Of a stretch of 64,000 nucleotides of DNA, positions 1 through 9,455 are shown one piece after another. This stretch comes from an uncultured Bifidobacterium sp. (GTDB lineage: Bacteria; Acidobacteriota; Vicinamibacteria; Vicinamibacterales; CAVVIG01), in contig CAYLTD010000002.1 in the NCBI GenBank assembly GCA_964386715.1, forward strand, positions 109,449 to 173,448, in the 5' to 3' direction. The position numbers and the translations under genes are program-made. The notes beneath the pieces are model-generated. The model made no database searches. It was not told the DNA's origin and saw only the letters and a program-made list of their open reading frames with translations. Each line of letters opens with the position of its first letter. Positions within the stretch are counted from its first letter, which is position 1.

Positions 1-1
1 T

Positions 2-751
2 GTCGAGAACGGGTTCGCGTTCGACCCGACGACGCTTCCGGACACGGCATGGGAGCGGGTGCAGCTGCTGTATGTGTGCTCACCTGGCAACCCGACGGGC
101 CGCGTGCTCTCGCTGGACGACTGGCGGACCATTTTTGCCTACGCGGATCGCTATGGGTTCGTGATCGCCTCGGACGAGTGTTATTCGGACATCTACCCGG
201 ACGAGCAGCAGCCACCAATCGGCGGGCTCGAGGCCGCTGTGCGGCTCGGGCGCACTGATTTCCGCCGCCTGGTCGTCTTCGCCAGCCTCTCGAAGCGGTC
301 GAACGTTCCGGGCATGCGCTCTGGCGCCGTCGCGGGAGATGCCGACCTGCTCGCGCGCTTCCTCCTCTACCGCACGTATCACGGCAGCGCCATGAGCCTG
401 CCCGTGCAGCACGCCAGCATCGCTGCCTGGAACGACGAACCGCACGTGGTCGCCAACCGGGCGTTGTATCGTGAGAAGTTCGCCGCGGTCACGCCGATGC
501 TGGCTGGCGTCCTGCGGGTTTCAACGCCCGACGCGGGCTTCTACCTCTGGGCCGGCGTGCCCGGAGGAGACGACGAGGCGTTCGCCCGCGAACTCTTCGA
601 GGCCACTCACGTCACCGTCCTGCCCGGCCAGTACCTGGGCCGGACGGCGCACGGCGTGAACCCGGGGCGCGGGTACGTGCGCATCGCGCTCGTGCCCGGG
701 ATCGAGGAATGCCTCGAGGCCGCACGCCGCATCGTTGCCTTCTGCCACTGA
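2..751 (+). CDS. dapC: N-succinyldiaminopimelate aminotransferase (PLP class I/II), 5'-truncated by the window edge
   Basis: Frame is open from base 2 (VENGFAFDP...). Motifs [14 protein letters not shown] and [14 protein letters not shown] (PLP Lys). Lies directly upstream of dapD-dapE. Confidence 0.88.
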   Translation, partial: VENGFAFDPTTLPDTAWERVQLLYVCSPGNPTGRVLSLDDWRTIFAYADRYGFVIASDECYSDIYPDEQQPPIGGLEAAVRLGRTDFRRLVVFASLSKRSNVPGMRSGAVAGDADLLARFLLYRTYHGSAMSLPVQHASIAAWNDEPHVVANRALYREKFAAVTPMLAGVLRVSTPDAGFYLWAGVPGGDDEAFARELFEATHVTVLPGQYLGRTAHGVNPGRGYVRIALVPGIEECLEAARRIVAFCH

Positions 752-767
752 CGAGTCGCACAGCGCC

Positions 768-1592
768 ATGGACATCATTGCCCTCCAACCGATCATCGAC
801 GCCGCCTTCGAACGGCGCGCGGACCTGAATCCGAACGCGGTCCCACCCGAACTCGCGCAGGCACTCGACGCGGTGCTGGCCGCCCTCGAGACGGGCGAAC
901 TCCGCGTGGCCGAGCGGATCGACGGCGCCTGGGTCACCCACCAGTGGGTGAAGAAGGCGGTCCTGCTGTACTTCCGCACCCACGACAACCGCGTCATGCC
1001 CGGTGCGGGCACGAACTTCTTCGACAAGGTTCCGCTGCGCTTTGACGGCTGCACCGAGGCGCAGTTCCGCGCCGGCGGGTTCCGCGTGGTGCCGCCCGCG
1101 GTGGCGCGCGCCGGCACCTTCATCGGTCGCAACGTCGTGCTGATGCCGTCCTACGTCAACATCGGCGCCTACGTGGACGAGGGCACCATGGTGGACACCT
1201 GGGCAACCGTCGGGTCGTGCGCGCAGATCGGCAAGCACGTGCACCTGTCGGGCGGCGTCGGCATCGGGGGCGTCCTTGAACCGCTGCAGGCGAACCCGAC
1301 CATCATCGAGGACCACTGCTTCATCGGCGCGAGGTCCGAGATCGTGGAAGGCGTGATCGTGGAGGCACACTCTGTCATCTCGATGGGCGTCTTCATCGGC
1401 CAGAGCACGCGGATCTACGACCGCTCGACGGGGGAGATTCACTACGGACGCGTGCCGTCCGGCTCGGTGGTCGTTCCAGGCAGCCTGCCGTCACCCGACG
1501 GGCGCTACTCGCTGAACTGCGCAGTCATCGTCAAGCGGGTCGATGCGCAGACGCGCGCCAAGACCTCCATCAACGAGCTGCTCCGTGACTGA
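768..1592 (+). CDS. dapD: 2,3,4,5-tetrahydropyridine-2,6-dicarboxylate N-succinyltransferase
   Basis: [68 protein letters not shown] and [10 protein letters not shown] all match proteobacterial-type DapD. ATG at 768 chosen as start. Confidence 0.97.
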   Translation: MDIIALQPIIDAAFERRADLNPNAVPPELAQALDAVLAALETGELRVAERIDGAWVTHQWVKKAVLLYFRTHDNRVMPGAGTNFFDKVPLRFDGCTEAQFRAGGFRVVPPAVARAGTFIGRNVVLMPSYVNIGAYVDEGTMVDTWATVGSCAQIGKHVHLSGGVGIGGVLEPLQANPTIIEDHCFIGARSEIVEGVIVEAHSVISMGVFIGQSTRIYDRSTGEIHYGRVPSGSVVVPGSLPSPDGRYSLNCAVIVKRVDAQTRAKTSINELLRD

Positions 1593-1640
1593 GTCGCGCC
1601 CACCAGCCGGTCCCGCGCCGCGGGCCGCGACAATCGAACG

Positions 1641-2804
1641 ATGGCGATGACGAGCGTCTCGTCGCCAGACCCGGCAGCCGACACGCTGGCGCTGGCCCGC
1701 CAGCTCGTGCAGTGCCGATCCGTCACGCCGGACGACGGCGGCAGCCTCGATTTGCTGGCGGACCGGCTGCGCCCGCTTGGTTTTGCCTGCGAGCGCATGG
1801 ACCGCGGCGGCGTGCGCAACCTCTGGGCGCGCCTCGGCACCTCGGGTCCGCTCGTCTGCTTTGCAGGCCACGTGGATGTCGTGCCTACGGGTCCGATGGA
1901 GCAGTGGAGCGTGGACCCCTTCGCCGGCGTCGAGCGCGACGGTTTCCTGTTCGGGCGCGGTGCGGCCGACATGAAGGCGTCGGTGGCGGCGTTCACCACC
2001 GCGGTGGAGCGGCTCGCCCGTCGCTCCCCACCCCTGGCCGGGTCGGTCGCCGTCCTGCTGACCTCCGATGAAGAAGGCGACGCCGTCGACGGCACGGCGG
2101 CGGTCATCGAGCGGCTGCGCGCCCGTGGCGAACGCATCGATGCCTGCATCGTCGGCGAGCCCACGTCGTCCGGGCGCTTTGGCGACACGATCAAGAACGG
2201 GCGTCGGGGCTCGCTGAACGGCGTGCTCACGGTTCGTGGGGTGCAGGGCCACGTCGCCTATCCCGAGCGCGGACGGAACCCGATTCACGAAGCCGCGCCC
2301 GCGCTGGCGGAGTTGTGCGCCGCGCAGTGGGATCGGGGGAACGACTGGTTCGGGGCGACCAGCTTTCAGGTGTCGAACATCCACGCGGGGACGGGGGCGG
2401 TCAACGTCGTGCCCGGTGCGCTGCAGGTGTCGTTCAACTTCCGCTTCTCGCCCGAGTCGCCGGCCGACGTCCTCATGGCTCGCGTCCAGGAGGTGCTCGA
2501 CCGGCACGGGCTCGACTGCACCGTGGAGTGGACGGCCAATGCGCAGCCGTTCATCACGCCCCCGGGCCGGCTGGTCGATGCGGTCATCGCAGCCGTCGAC
2601 CACATCACCGGCATACGCCCGGCGCTCTCTACGAGCGGGGGCACGTCGGACGGGCGGTTCATCGCCACCCTGGCGCGTGAGGTGGTGGAGTTCGGGCCGC
2701 TCAACGACACGATCCACAGGATCGACGAGCGCGTTGCCATCGCCGACCTGGGGCCGCTGTCGCAGGTATACGAGCAGGCAGCGCTCGAACTGCTGCGCGG
2801 CTGA
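1641..2804 (+). CDS. dapE: Succinyl-diaminopimelate desuccinylase (M20)
   Basis: [57 protein letters not shown]...TIHRIDE; dap operon context. Confidence 0.96.
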   Translation: MAMTSVSSPDPAADTLALARQLVQCRSVTPDDGGSLDLLADRLRPLGFACERMDRGGVRNLWARLGTSGPLVCFAGHVDVVPTGPMEQWSVDPFAGVERDGFLFGRGAADMKASVAAFTTAVERLARRSPPLAGSVAVLLTSDEEGDAVDGTAAVIERLRARGERIDACIVGEPTSSGRFGDTIKNGRRGSLNGVLTVRGVQGHVAYPERGRNPIHEAAPALAELCAAQWDRGNDWFGATSFQVSNIHAGTGAVNVVPGALQVSFNFRFSPESPADVLMARVQEVLDRHGLDCTVEWTANAQPFITPPGRLVDAVIAAVDHITGIRPALSTSGGTSDGRFIATLAREVVEFGPLNDTIHRIDERVAIADLGPLSQVYEQAALELLRG

Positions 2805-2880
2805 TCTTCCCTGGGGGAGCAGGCACGGTCCAGATCCGGCCCGTCGCTTGCGCCCCAGCCGCTTTCCCCCGCGTACAGAT

Positions 2881-2920
2881 GAAAGGCCCGGCGCCTGACG
2901 GCGTCCGGGCCCTTCTTGTG
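2881..2920. terminator. Probable intrinsic (possibly bidirectional) terminator between convergent dapE and the DinB-family gene
   Basis: Hairpin GGCCCGG-CGCC/TGAC/GGCG-T-CCGGGCC followed by CTTCTTGTG. Confidence 0.55.
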
Positions 2921-2968
2921 TGAGGAATGCTCAGCCTGGCGGCAACGGCCAGGCTGCGGCGGTCCGGC

Positions 2969-3547
2969 TTACTTGCTCCAGGGCGGCACCACGCGGTTCG
3001 CGCGGGCGTAGGCGATGAGCTGACCCAGGTGCTCGTGGAGGTCGCCCCCGATCATCAGCGCCGTCTCGACGACCGAGCGCTGCTGACCCATGACGGTGCG
3101 CTTGCCCGTGAGCGTTGCGGGGTCGACCGCCTCGAGTTCCGACTTCGCGTGCGCGAAGGCCTTGTTGACGGCGGCAATCAGGGCCGCCTTGTCGGTTGTC
3201 GTACGGAGGGCGGCCATTTCCTCACGCGTCGCGCCCGCCTTGCCGCCGAAGTTGGTCGGCACGAAGGCATAGCCTTCGGAGGCGGCCAGGGCGAGCACCT
3301 CGGCCACCGAGCGGACACCATCCATGGGGCGGTACGTGTACTTGTCCTGCGGGAACGCCTCGGCGAGCCCGACGAACTTTCCGCGCATGACCTCGAGGTC
3401 CGCGAGGAACGCGGCCTTGACGGCCGCGGCGCCTTCCTTCGAAATCGCGTCCTGCGCCGCGGCTGGCGTGGCGAGGGAGAGGGCGGACGAAAACGCGGCG
3501 GCGACGATGAGGCTTCGACACCACGCGGACGAGACAGAGTGCAGCAT
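2969..3547 (-). CDS. Secreted DinB-family four-helix protein
   Basis: Signal peptide ending AAA-QD; PQDKYTYRP..GVRSVAEV and HEHLGQLIAYARAN.VVPPWS typical of DinB; SD AAGGAG upstream. Confidence 0.8.
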   Translation of the reverse strand: MLHSVSSAWCRSLIVAAAFSSALSLATPAAAQDAISKEGAAAVKAAFLADLEVMRGKFVGLAEAFPQDKYTYRPMDGVRSVAEVLALAASEGYAFVPTNFGGKAGATREEMAALRTTTDKAALIAAVNKAFAHAKSELEAVDPATLTGKRTVMGQQRSVVETALMIGGDLHEHLGQLIAYARANRVVPPWSK

Positions 3548-3618
3548 GCAGGCTCTCCTTGAAAAACTGTGCGACCCCGAAGTTTACCCGATTCCCGTGC
3601 TCCGCGACCTTTTTGGCG

Positions 3619-5673
3619 TCAGGGCCGCTGCGGGCCGGGGCCACGCCGGGCCGCCCAGCGGGCGGACAGGCCGGCTGACGCCGACGCCCGACACGGTGGC
3701 GGATCGTCGGGCTGGAACAGCTCGTATCGACCGTCACTGTGTACCGGCACCAACCGCAGGATGTCGGTGGCGGCGTCCCTCAGAGCGCGCGAGGCTCGCG
3801 CCGAGTCGATCACCACGAACCCGACGCACGTCCGTGCCAAAAAGTCGTCGCGGCGGCGCCTGGCGCGGCGCAGCAGCCGCTCCGGCTGTACTGCGCCACT
3901 CGGCGCGCTCAGTTCCACCAGCACCCGCAACACGGGGTTACGCATCGTCTCCTCGCGCCGCCACGTGCTCACGCGGGACAGGTACCCGCCGACGAGCGGC
4001 CGGCCGTGGTGCGTCTGATAGAACTGCGTCGACGCCTGGAAGTCTCCGAGCGAACTGGTGCCGTCGCGAATGCCTGTCGGCAACTCCATGATGGCGCCGG
4101 ACTCGTCGCCCGTCGCGAGCAGGCGGTAGACCTCGGGGACGTCGGCGCGAAAGAGCCGCCGAGGCGCGGGCGTCAGTTCGAGGGCACAGAGCAGGACGAC
4201 CACCGCGGCCGCCGTGCGGCTCCTCGCCGACGCGCTCCGGAGCCACCCGTCCAGCATCCAGCCAAAGAGCAGCGCGAAGCCCAGGCTGGCCACGATGCTG
4301 AACCTGGACGGCGCCCGCGCGAGATCGACGATCGGGACGTACCGCAACAACGCCCACGGGCCGGGGACGAAAGTGTTCACACTGGCGACGTGTACAAAAG
4401 GGCCGAGCGACAACGCCGCAAAGATCGCCGTGAAGCCCAACCAGAGTGCGGGCAGCTGACGACGCGCCGTGGCAATGGCGATCGCGATGATGGCCACTAT
4501 CGAGAAGGAGGCGACAAACTCGGGGAACGCGTCCGGATAGGACGGCATGAACCAACCGGCAGTGAGCTGTCCGAACCAGGGGTTGAGCGGGTTCGGAACC
4601 AGGTAGCCCAGCAGGTCCACGCCTCGAGGACTGCTCCGCCAGAACACGTCAGTCGTCGGCATGCGGCTGAGCAGCATGCGGCGCGCCACGCCGAGCAGCG
4701 GTGGCGCCATGAGCAGCACGCAGGTCCCAACGGCGGTGGCCGCGAGCGGGAGCAGACGACGCAGTCGCTCCGCGGCTCCCGTCACCGGGACCAGCCTCAC
4801 AGGCCGGCGGGACAACGCGCGGAGGAGCCCTCCAACCGTGAGAATCAGCACGGGCGTGTAGATCGGTTCGATGCGGATGCGCAGCGGACCGAGTTCCAGT
4901 CCGGAGTATCCGGCCAGCCGCAACGCCACGATCAGCGTCGCGACCGCCAGCACGCCGTTGAGGAGACGCAGGGCGAGGCGGCGTCCGTCCGTTGCCGCGC
5001 GAACCGCCGGCCGCCGCTCCAGGCACGCGAACTGGGGCGCGAGCACGACAGCCCCGGCCAAAGCGCAGTAGATGCCGAGGTACGCGTCGGAGTAGGACGC
5101 CAGCGCGGTCAGCGCACCGAGCGTGACCGCATCCCGGTGACGCTCACGTTCGAGCACCCGCAGCAGCTGCCACAGGAAGAGCGGAAGACCCGCCGTGGCC
5201 ACCAGACTGGCGTGAGCGACCTGCCGCGCCGTGTGCGTGGGCGCCGCGATGAAGATGACTCCCGCGGCAACCGCCGCAACGGGGCCGATCCCGAGACGCC
5301 GCGCCAGCAGGACGACCGCGAGCCCGCTCGCAGCCGACGCAGCCATCAGCAGCAGGTTGAATGTCCCGACGACGCCGACGGCCCTGAGCAGGGGCAGGCC
5401 CAGGAGCCCGGCCAAGGGCGTGTAATTGTGGAGTGCGAAGTCGGCCCCCTGCGTGAAGGCGAATACGTGGTCAGTGGAGAACGGCAGCCGACCGTGCTCC
5501 ATCAGTTCGTGGTGGAACACCCAGATGTTCCAGACGTACACGCCAAGATCGCCGGCAGGGTCGCCTGTCAGGTGGCTGAAGAGGTGGAGCGGCAGGGGCC
5601 AGACCAGCAGAACAGCCACCGCGCAGACGACCGTCACGATCCCAACGCGTCGGGCCCAGCGCGAGCTCATCAT
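3619..5673 (-). CDS. Polytopic membrane protein, probable GT-C-fold (lipid-linked-sugar) glycosyltransferase, YfhO-like
   Basis: 684 aa with many TM segments; N-terminal loop GDPAGD..VYVWNIW...HNYTPL; RAPSRF; soluble C-terminal domain (ELP...QFYQTHHGRPLVGGYLSR). Confidence 0.6.
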   Translation of the reverse strand: MMSSRWARRVGIVTVVCAVAVLLVWPLPLHLFSHLTGDPAGDLGVYVWNIWVFHHELMEHGRLPFSTDHVFAFTQGADFALHNYTPLAGLLGLPLLRAVGVVGTFNLLLMAASAASGLAVVLLARRLGIGPVAAVAAGVIFIAAPTHTARQVAHASLVATAGLPLFLWQLLRVLERERHRDAVTLGALTALASYSDAYLGIYCALAGAVVLAPQFACLERRPAVRAATDGRRLALRLLNGVLAVATLIVALRLAGYSGLELGPLRIRIEPIYTPVLILTVGGLLRALSRRPVRLVPVTGAAERLRRLLPLAATAVGTCVLLMAPPLLGVARRMLLSRMPTTDVFWRSSPRGVDLLGYLVPNPLNPWFGQLTAGWFMPSYPDAFPEFVASFSIVAIIAIAIATARRQLPALWLGFTAIFAALSLGPFVHVASVNTFVPGPWALLRYVPIVDLARAPSRFSIVASLGFALLFGWMLDGWLRSASARSRTAAAVVVLLCALELTPAPRRLFRADVPEVYRLLATGDESGAIMELPTGIRDGTSSLGDFQASTQFYQTHHGRPLVGGYLSRVSTWRREETMRNPVLRVLVELSAPSGAVQPERLLRRARRRRDDFLARTCVGFVVIDSARASRALRDAATDILRLVPVHSDGRYELFQPDDPPPCRASASAGLSARWAARRGPGPQRP

Positions 5674-5727
5674 GAGGAACCGCGGATCTTACATCATTGC
5701 TGAGTTGATCGTCTCAGCCCGCGCCGG

Positions 5728-7983
5728 TCAGAATCGCAACAACCGGGTCAGTTTTATCGCCAGCGACCGGTTGAGGAGGCCGGTCAAGGCACCGCTGTCC
5801 AGCGTATTGCGACCGTCGCTGTAGACGACGAACAGCTCGCTGCCCGGCAGGTACTCCCAGCGGAGGCGGATGCTCGACGTGAGCGTGTGCGCGCTGACGT
5901 TCATCTGCACGAGGCTCGTGATCATCATGCGCGGCGTCGGCGTGAGGATGAACCGGTTGCTGACGATCTGCGCCGAGAAGTCGCCGTAGGGCAGGCGCAC
6001 CCAGTTCAGCGTCAGCGTCGGCTCGACGGCGAACTGCGGCACGATCCCGATGCGGCCGCTGTAGCTGGTCTCCGTGCGCGTGCCGTTGTAGAGGGAGCCG
6101 CGCCCGAATGACACGCGCCCGGACACATACCGCTGCTGCCCGAGCGAATACGAGGTGCGCAGGTTCTGGTACTCGTAGGGCCCGGCCGGCACGATCACGC
6201 CGGGTGAGATGGTGAAGTTGCGCGGCAGACGCTCGTAGGAGCGGACGTAGTCGACGCTGAACTGGTCACTGCTCTGGAAGTTGATGTCGAACGAGCCGCG
6301 CAGGTCGCGGTTCAGCAGCACCGTGGACCGTGCGTCGGTGACGTGGTCGAGGCTGGCCACGTAGCTGAACTTGCGGATCACCCGGCGGTTGCCGGGGCGC
6401 GGCGTGAACCGCAGCTCGGCGAAGTTGCGGCGGAAATCGGTCCGGCGCGCGAACCCGGTCTGCGGCTCGAATCCCTGGCCCACGAGCAGGTGCTCGACGT
6501 TGAAGCCGTACCGGTCGCTCGCGTAGTCCATGGTGCCGCGATAACTCGCGGACCCGTCACTCCGACCGTCGGTGACCGTGCGCGCGTAGTACGCGTTCGC
6601 CGTCAGGTTCGTGAACAGGAAGAAGTTCGCGTCGGCGCCGACCAGCGAGTTGGCGCCGATCCCGTTCTGCGCCACCGATCGGTGCGTGGCGACCATCCCG
6701 ATGTTGCTGCGGCGCAGGACGTCGCGCTTGATGCGCATGGCGGTGAAGTTCGTGGCGACCGCACCCGTGGACGGCTGGTCCTCAGTCTCGATGTTGAGCG
6801 CACCGATGCTGTAGCGGCCGCTTCGTCCGGTGACGCGCCCTCCGCCGAGCACGGGTGTCGGCTGCCCGCGGTTCAGCCCGATCTGCCGGCTGAAGAACAT
6901 CACCGGCACGTCACCCGGCGTGCCGTTGCCGGATCCGACGCCGCCGAACGCGAAGATGCCCTGGCCCTCGAGGAAGAACTCGCGCTTCTCGGGAAAGAAC
7001 AGGTTGAACCGGGTCAGGTTCACCTGCTGCTGGTCTTCCTCGACCTGTGCGAAGTCGGTCCGGTAGGTAAGGTCCGCGATCAGTCCTCGCGTGAGCCCGT
7101 ACTTGAAGTCGAAGCCGCCGTTCGACTGCAGATCGTTCGAGTAGGGCGTCGCGGCCGTCCGGTCCGTCACCGACGCCGCCACGCCGTAGGGCTTCAGTTC
7201 GAGGTTCTTGGCATTGCGAGGGGTCTCGAGACCCACCATGGTGCCCGCGGGTCCCATCTGCCCGATGGCCTGGCCCGTCCCGTAGGACGCGGGCATGAAG
7301 GTGAGATACGAGTATTCGTTCTTCCACCGCACGACGCGCCGGAAGTTGATGCCCCAGGTCTGCGGCCCCGACGAGGGGTAGCGCAGCGACTTGAAGGGGA
7401 TCACCATCTCCAGCGTCCACCCTCCGTCGAAGCGGCCGGTGCGGACGTTCCACACGGTGTTCCAGCTCACGTTGAGCTGGTTGTCGATGATGGCCTGGTC
7501 GCGCAGCGCACCGAGCGGGTTGGTCTGGAAGAAGAAGCCGTTCCGGCGGTCGAGGAAGGTGTCGAAGACGACCGTGAAGCTCTCGTTCTGCGTGATGTTG
7601 TTCTGATCCCGACGCATCTCGGTCATCACGTCGAGTTCCGGATGGCTGTCGTGGCAACGAGCCGCGACGTAGACGTTCCGATCGTCGTAGAACAGCCAGA
7701 CCTCGGTGGGCTCGGTGGCCGGCGCCCCCTCACGCGGTTCCTGCTGGATGAACCCGTCGATGGCTGGGGTGATCTCGTAGATCGACTCGTCGAGGCGGCC
7801 GTCGAGCGTGATCGGCCGCGGGATGCGCACCGCGCGGACCGTGGCCTGGCCGGCGTCGTCCCGGCTCAGCGTCTCGGGAGCCACCGGTGGCGGCACCGCA
7901 GGACCGCGCCCCTGGGCCGACGCAGGCGCGGCGAGGCAGAGCAGGAACAGAATGGTTGGAACCGGCAGAAATCCGACACGCAT
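5728..7983 (-). CDS. DUF5916 / CBM9-like-domain outer-membrane beta-barrel protein
   Basis: Signal peptide from MRVGFLP (ATG 7983); ITLDGRLDE, FQTNPLGALRD, GGWTLEMVIPFKSLRY, DFAQVEEDQQQVNLTRFNLFFPEKREFFLEG; amphipathic beta-strands; C-terminal Phe (RLLRF). Confidence 0.8.
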   Translation of the reverse strand: MRVGFLPVPTILFLLCLAAPASAQGRGPAVPPPVAPETLSRDDAGQATVRAVRIPRPITLDGRLDESIYEITPAIDGFIQQEPREGAPATEPTEVWLFYDDRNVYVAARCHDSHPELDVMTEMRRDQNNITQNESFTVVFDTFLDRRNGFFFQTNPLGALRDQAIIDNQLNVSWNTVWNVRTGRFDGGWTLEMVIPFKSLRYPSSGPQTWGINFRRVVRWKNEYSYLTFMPASYGTGQAIGQMGPAGTMVGLETPRNAKNLELKPYGVAASVTDRTAATPYSNDLQSNGGFDFKYGLTRGLIADLTYRTDFAQVEEDQQQVNLTRFNLFFPEKREFFLEGQGIFAFGGVGSGNGTPGDVPVMFFSRQIGLNRGQPTPVLGGGRVTGRSGRYSIGALNIETEDQPSTGAVATNFTAMRIKRDVLRRSNIGMVATHRSVAQNGIGANSLVGADANFFLFTNLTANAYYARTVTDGRSDGSASYRGTMDYASDRYGFNVEHLLVGQGFEPQTGFARRTDFRRNFAELRFTPRPGNRRVIRKFSYVASLDHVTDARSTVLLNRDLRGSFDINFQSSDQFSVDYVRSYERLPRNFTISPGVIVPAGPYEYQNLRTSYSLGQQRYVSGRVSFGRGSLYNGTRTETSYSGRIGIVPQFAVEPTLTLNWVRLPYGDFSAQIVSNRFILTPTPRMMITSLVQMNVSAHTLTSSIRLRWEYLPGSELFVVYSDGRNTLDSGALTGLLNRSLAIKLTRLLRF

Positions 7984-8106
7984 GTCCGAGGGGGCCGGGG
8001 TAGCGTAACAGATTGCCGCCGCCCGTGCGCCCGGCGCTGACCGACTGCCGAACGGCCGACCTGAATTGATGGGAAGATAACGGCGGATCAGGAGGACCCC
8101 CACCGC

Positions 8107-9333
8107 ATGGGCGCATCGCTGAGGACCGTCGCCACCCGAACCCTCGCCCTGGCCGCGCTGGCCGCCGCACCGGCCGGACAGGCGCCGCCCCCGTCACTGC
8201 CGCCGATTTCACCCACACCCGTTACCGCGGTCGAGACGCTCGTGTCGCGACTCGACCTAGAACGGTACAAGGCCACCATCAAGGGCCTCACGCAGTTCGG
8301 CGACCGTCGCCAGGGCACCGAGCGGAATCGACGAGCCGTCGACTGGATCGAGGCGCAGCTCCGGAGCTACGGCTGTCCCACGGAGCGCCTGCAGTACACC
8401 TACGATCCCCCGCCGCCTCGGGCAGGCCAGGCTCCTGCCTCGCGCCCGCCCGAGCCGCGTATTCCACGCGCCGTTGGCGGTGGCCGGCCCCGCGGCGTTC
8501 GCACGCCCACCGGCGTCAACACCGACCCGCTGAAACAGCCCAACGAGAACCTGCGCCAGCTCAATGCCGAGCCTGCGACCAACGGGCCGCGGGAGCAGGT
8601 CTACTGCACGAAGGTCGGCCGCACGCGCCCCGATGAGATGTACATCGTGAGCGCCCATATGGATGGACACGGCTGGGGCGAAGCGGCCAATGACGACGGG
8701 TCGGGCACGGCGCTCGTCATGGAACTGGCCCGCATCTTCAGCATGCCGGACGTGCAGACCGACCGGACCATCCGCTTCGCCCTCTGGAACAACGAGGAGA
8801 CGGGCCTCGGCGGGGCGTCCGCCTACGTGGCGCAGCGCAGGGCGCTGCAGGGGCGCGAGACCCCGCCGGGTTCGGGGCGGTATCCCGAGCCTCGCTGGCT
8901 GGGGATGATTCAGCACGACATGATGCTGTTCGATCACGGCATGCCCCGGCCCGACGGCACCATCCCGCCCGAGCAGCGGCCCGAAGCCGACGTGAACATC
9001 GAGTTTCAGATGAACGCCAGGCAGACGCTCGGCGCCCAGGCGCTGGCCTGGTTTCTCCACGCGGCGAACGAGAAGTACGCGACCGACTATCCGGCGCAGG
9101 TGGGTCCGCACATGACCAACACGGACTCGACTCCGTTCATGGACGACGTGCCGGCGATCAGCGTGCGCGAGAACGAGCGCGGCGTGCACATCGGCAGCGG
9201 CTGGGACCCGCAGTGGCACCAGCCGACCGACGTCTTCGCGACGTACAGCGACAAGGACTTTCGCCTGGGGCTCAACGCCGCGATGACCACGCTGGGTGCG
9301 GTGGGGGAACTCGTCGGGGCGACGGTCCGGTGA
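8107..9333 (+). CDS. Secreted M28-family metallopeptidase
   Basis: Signal peptide; co-catalytic Zn ligands SAHMDG, ANDDGSGT, NNEETG, HDMML, WHQPTD; AGGAGG upstream. Confidence 0.85.
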   Translation: MGASLRTVATRTLALAALAAAPAGQAPPPSLPPISPTPVTAVETLVSRLDLERYKATIKGLTQFGDRRQGTERNRRAVDWIEAQLRSYGCPTERLQYTYDPPPPRAGQAPASRPPEPRIPRAVGGGRPRGVRTPTGVNTDPLKQPNENLRQLNAEPATNGPREQVYCTKVGRTRPDEMYIVSAHMDGHGWGEAANDDGSGTALVMELARIFSMPDVQTDRTIRFALWNNEETGLGGASAYVAQRRALQGRETPPGSGRYPEPRWLGMIQHDMMLFDHGMPRPDGTIPPEQRPEADVNIEFQMNARQTLGAQALAWFLHAANEKYATDYPAQVGPHMTNTDSTPFMDDVPAISVRENERGVHIGSGWDPQWHQPTDVFATYSDKDFRLGLNAAMTTLGAVGELVGATVR

Positions 9334-9455
9334 CCCGCCACCGGTCGGCGTCGGCAGCCGGCGCCGGCCAATGGGGGCAGGCGAAACACCGGCCAATACG
9401 CACCCGGGGAACCAGTTGGCACGAAAATACGTCAAACGCGCGGAAGGGAGTGCAC

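Noticed and set aside
9416-9431. TTGGCACG sigma54-like element upstream of the haem-copper gene
   Set aside because: The -12 position reads CG instead of GC (GG-N10-GC fails) and there is no TTGC.
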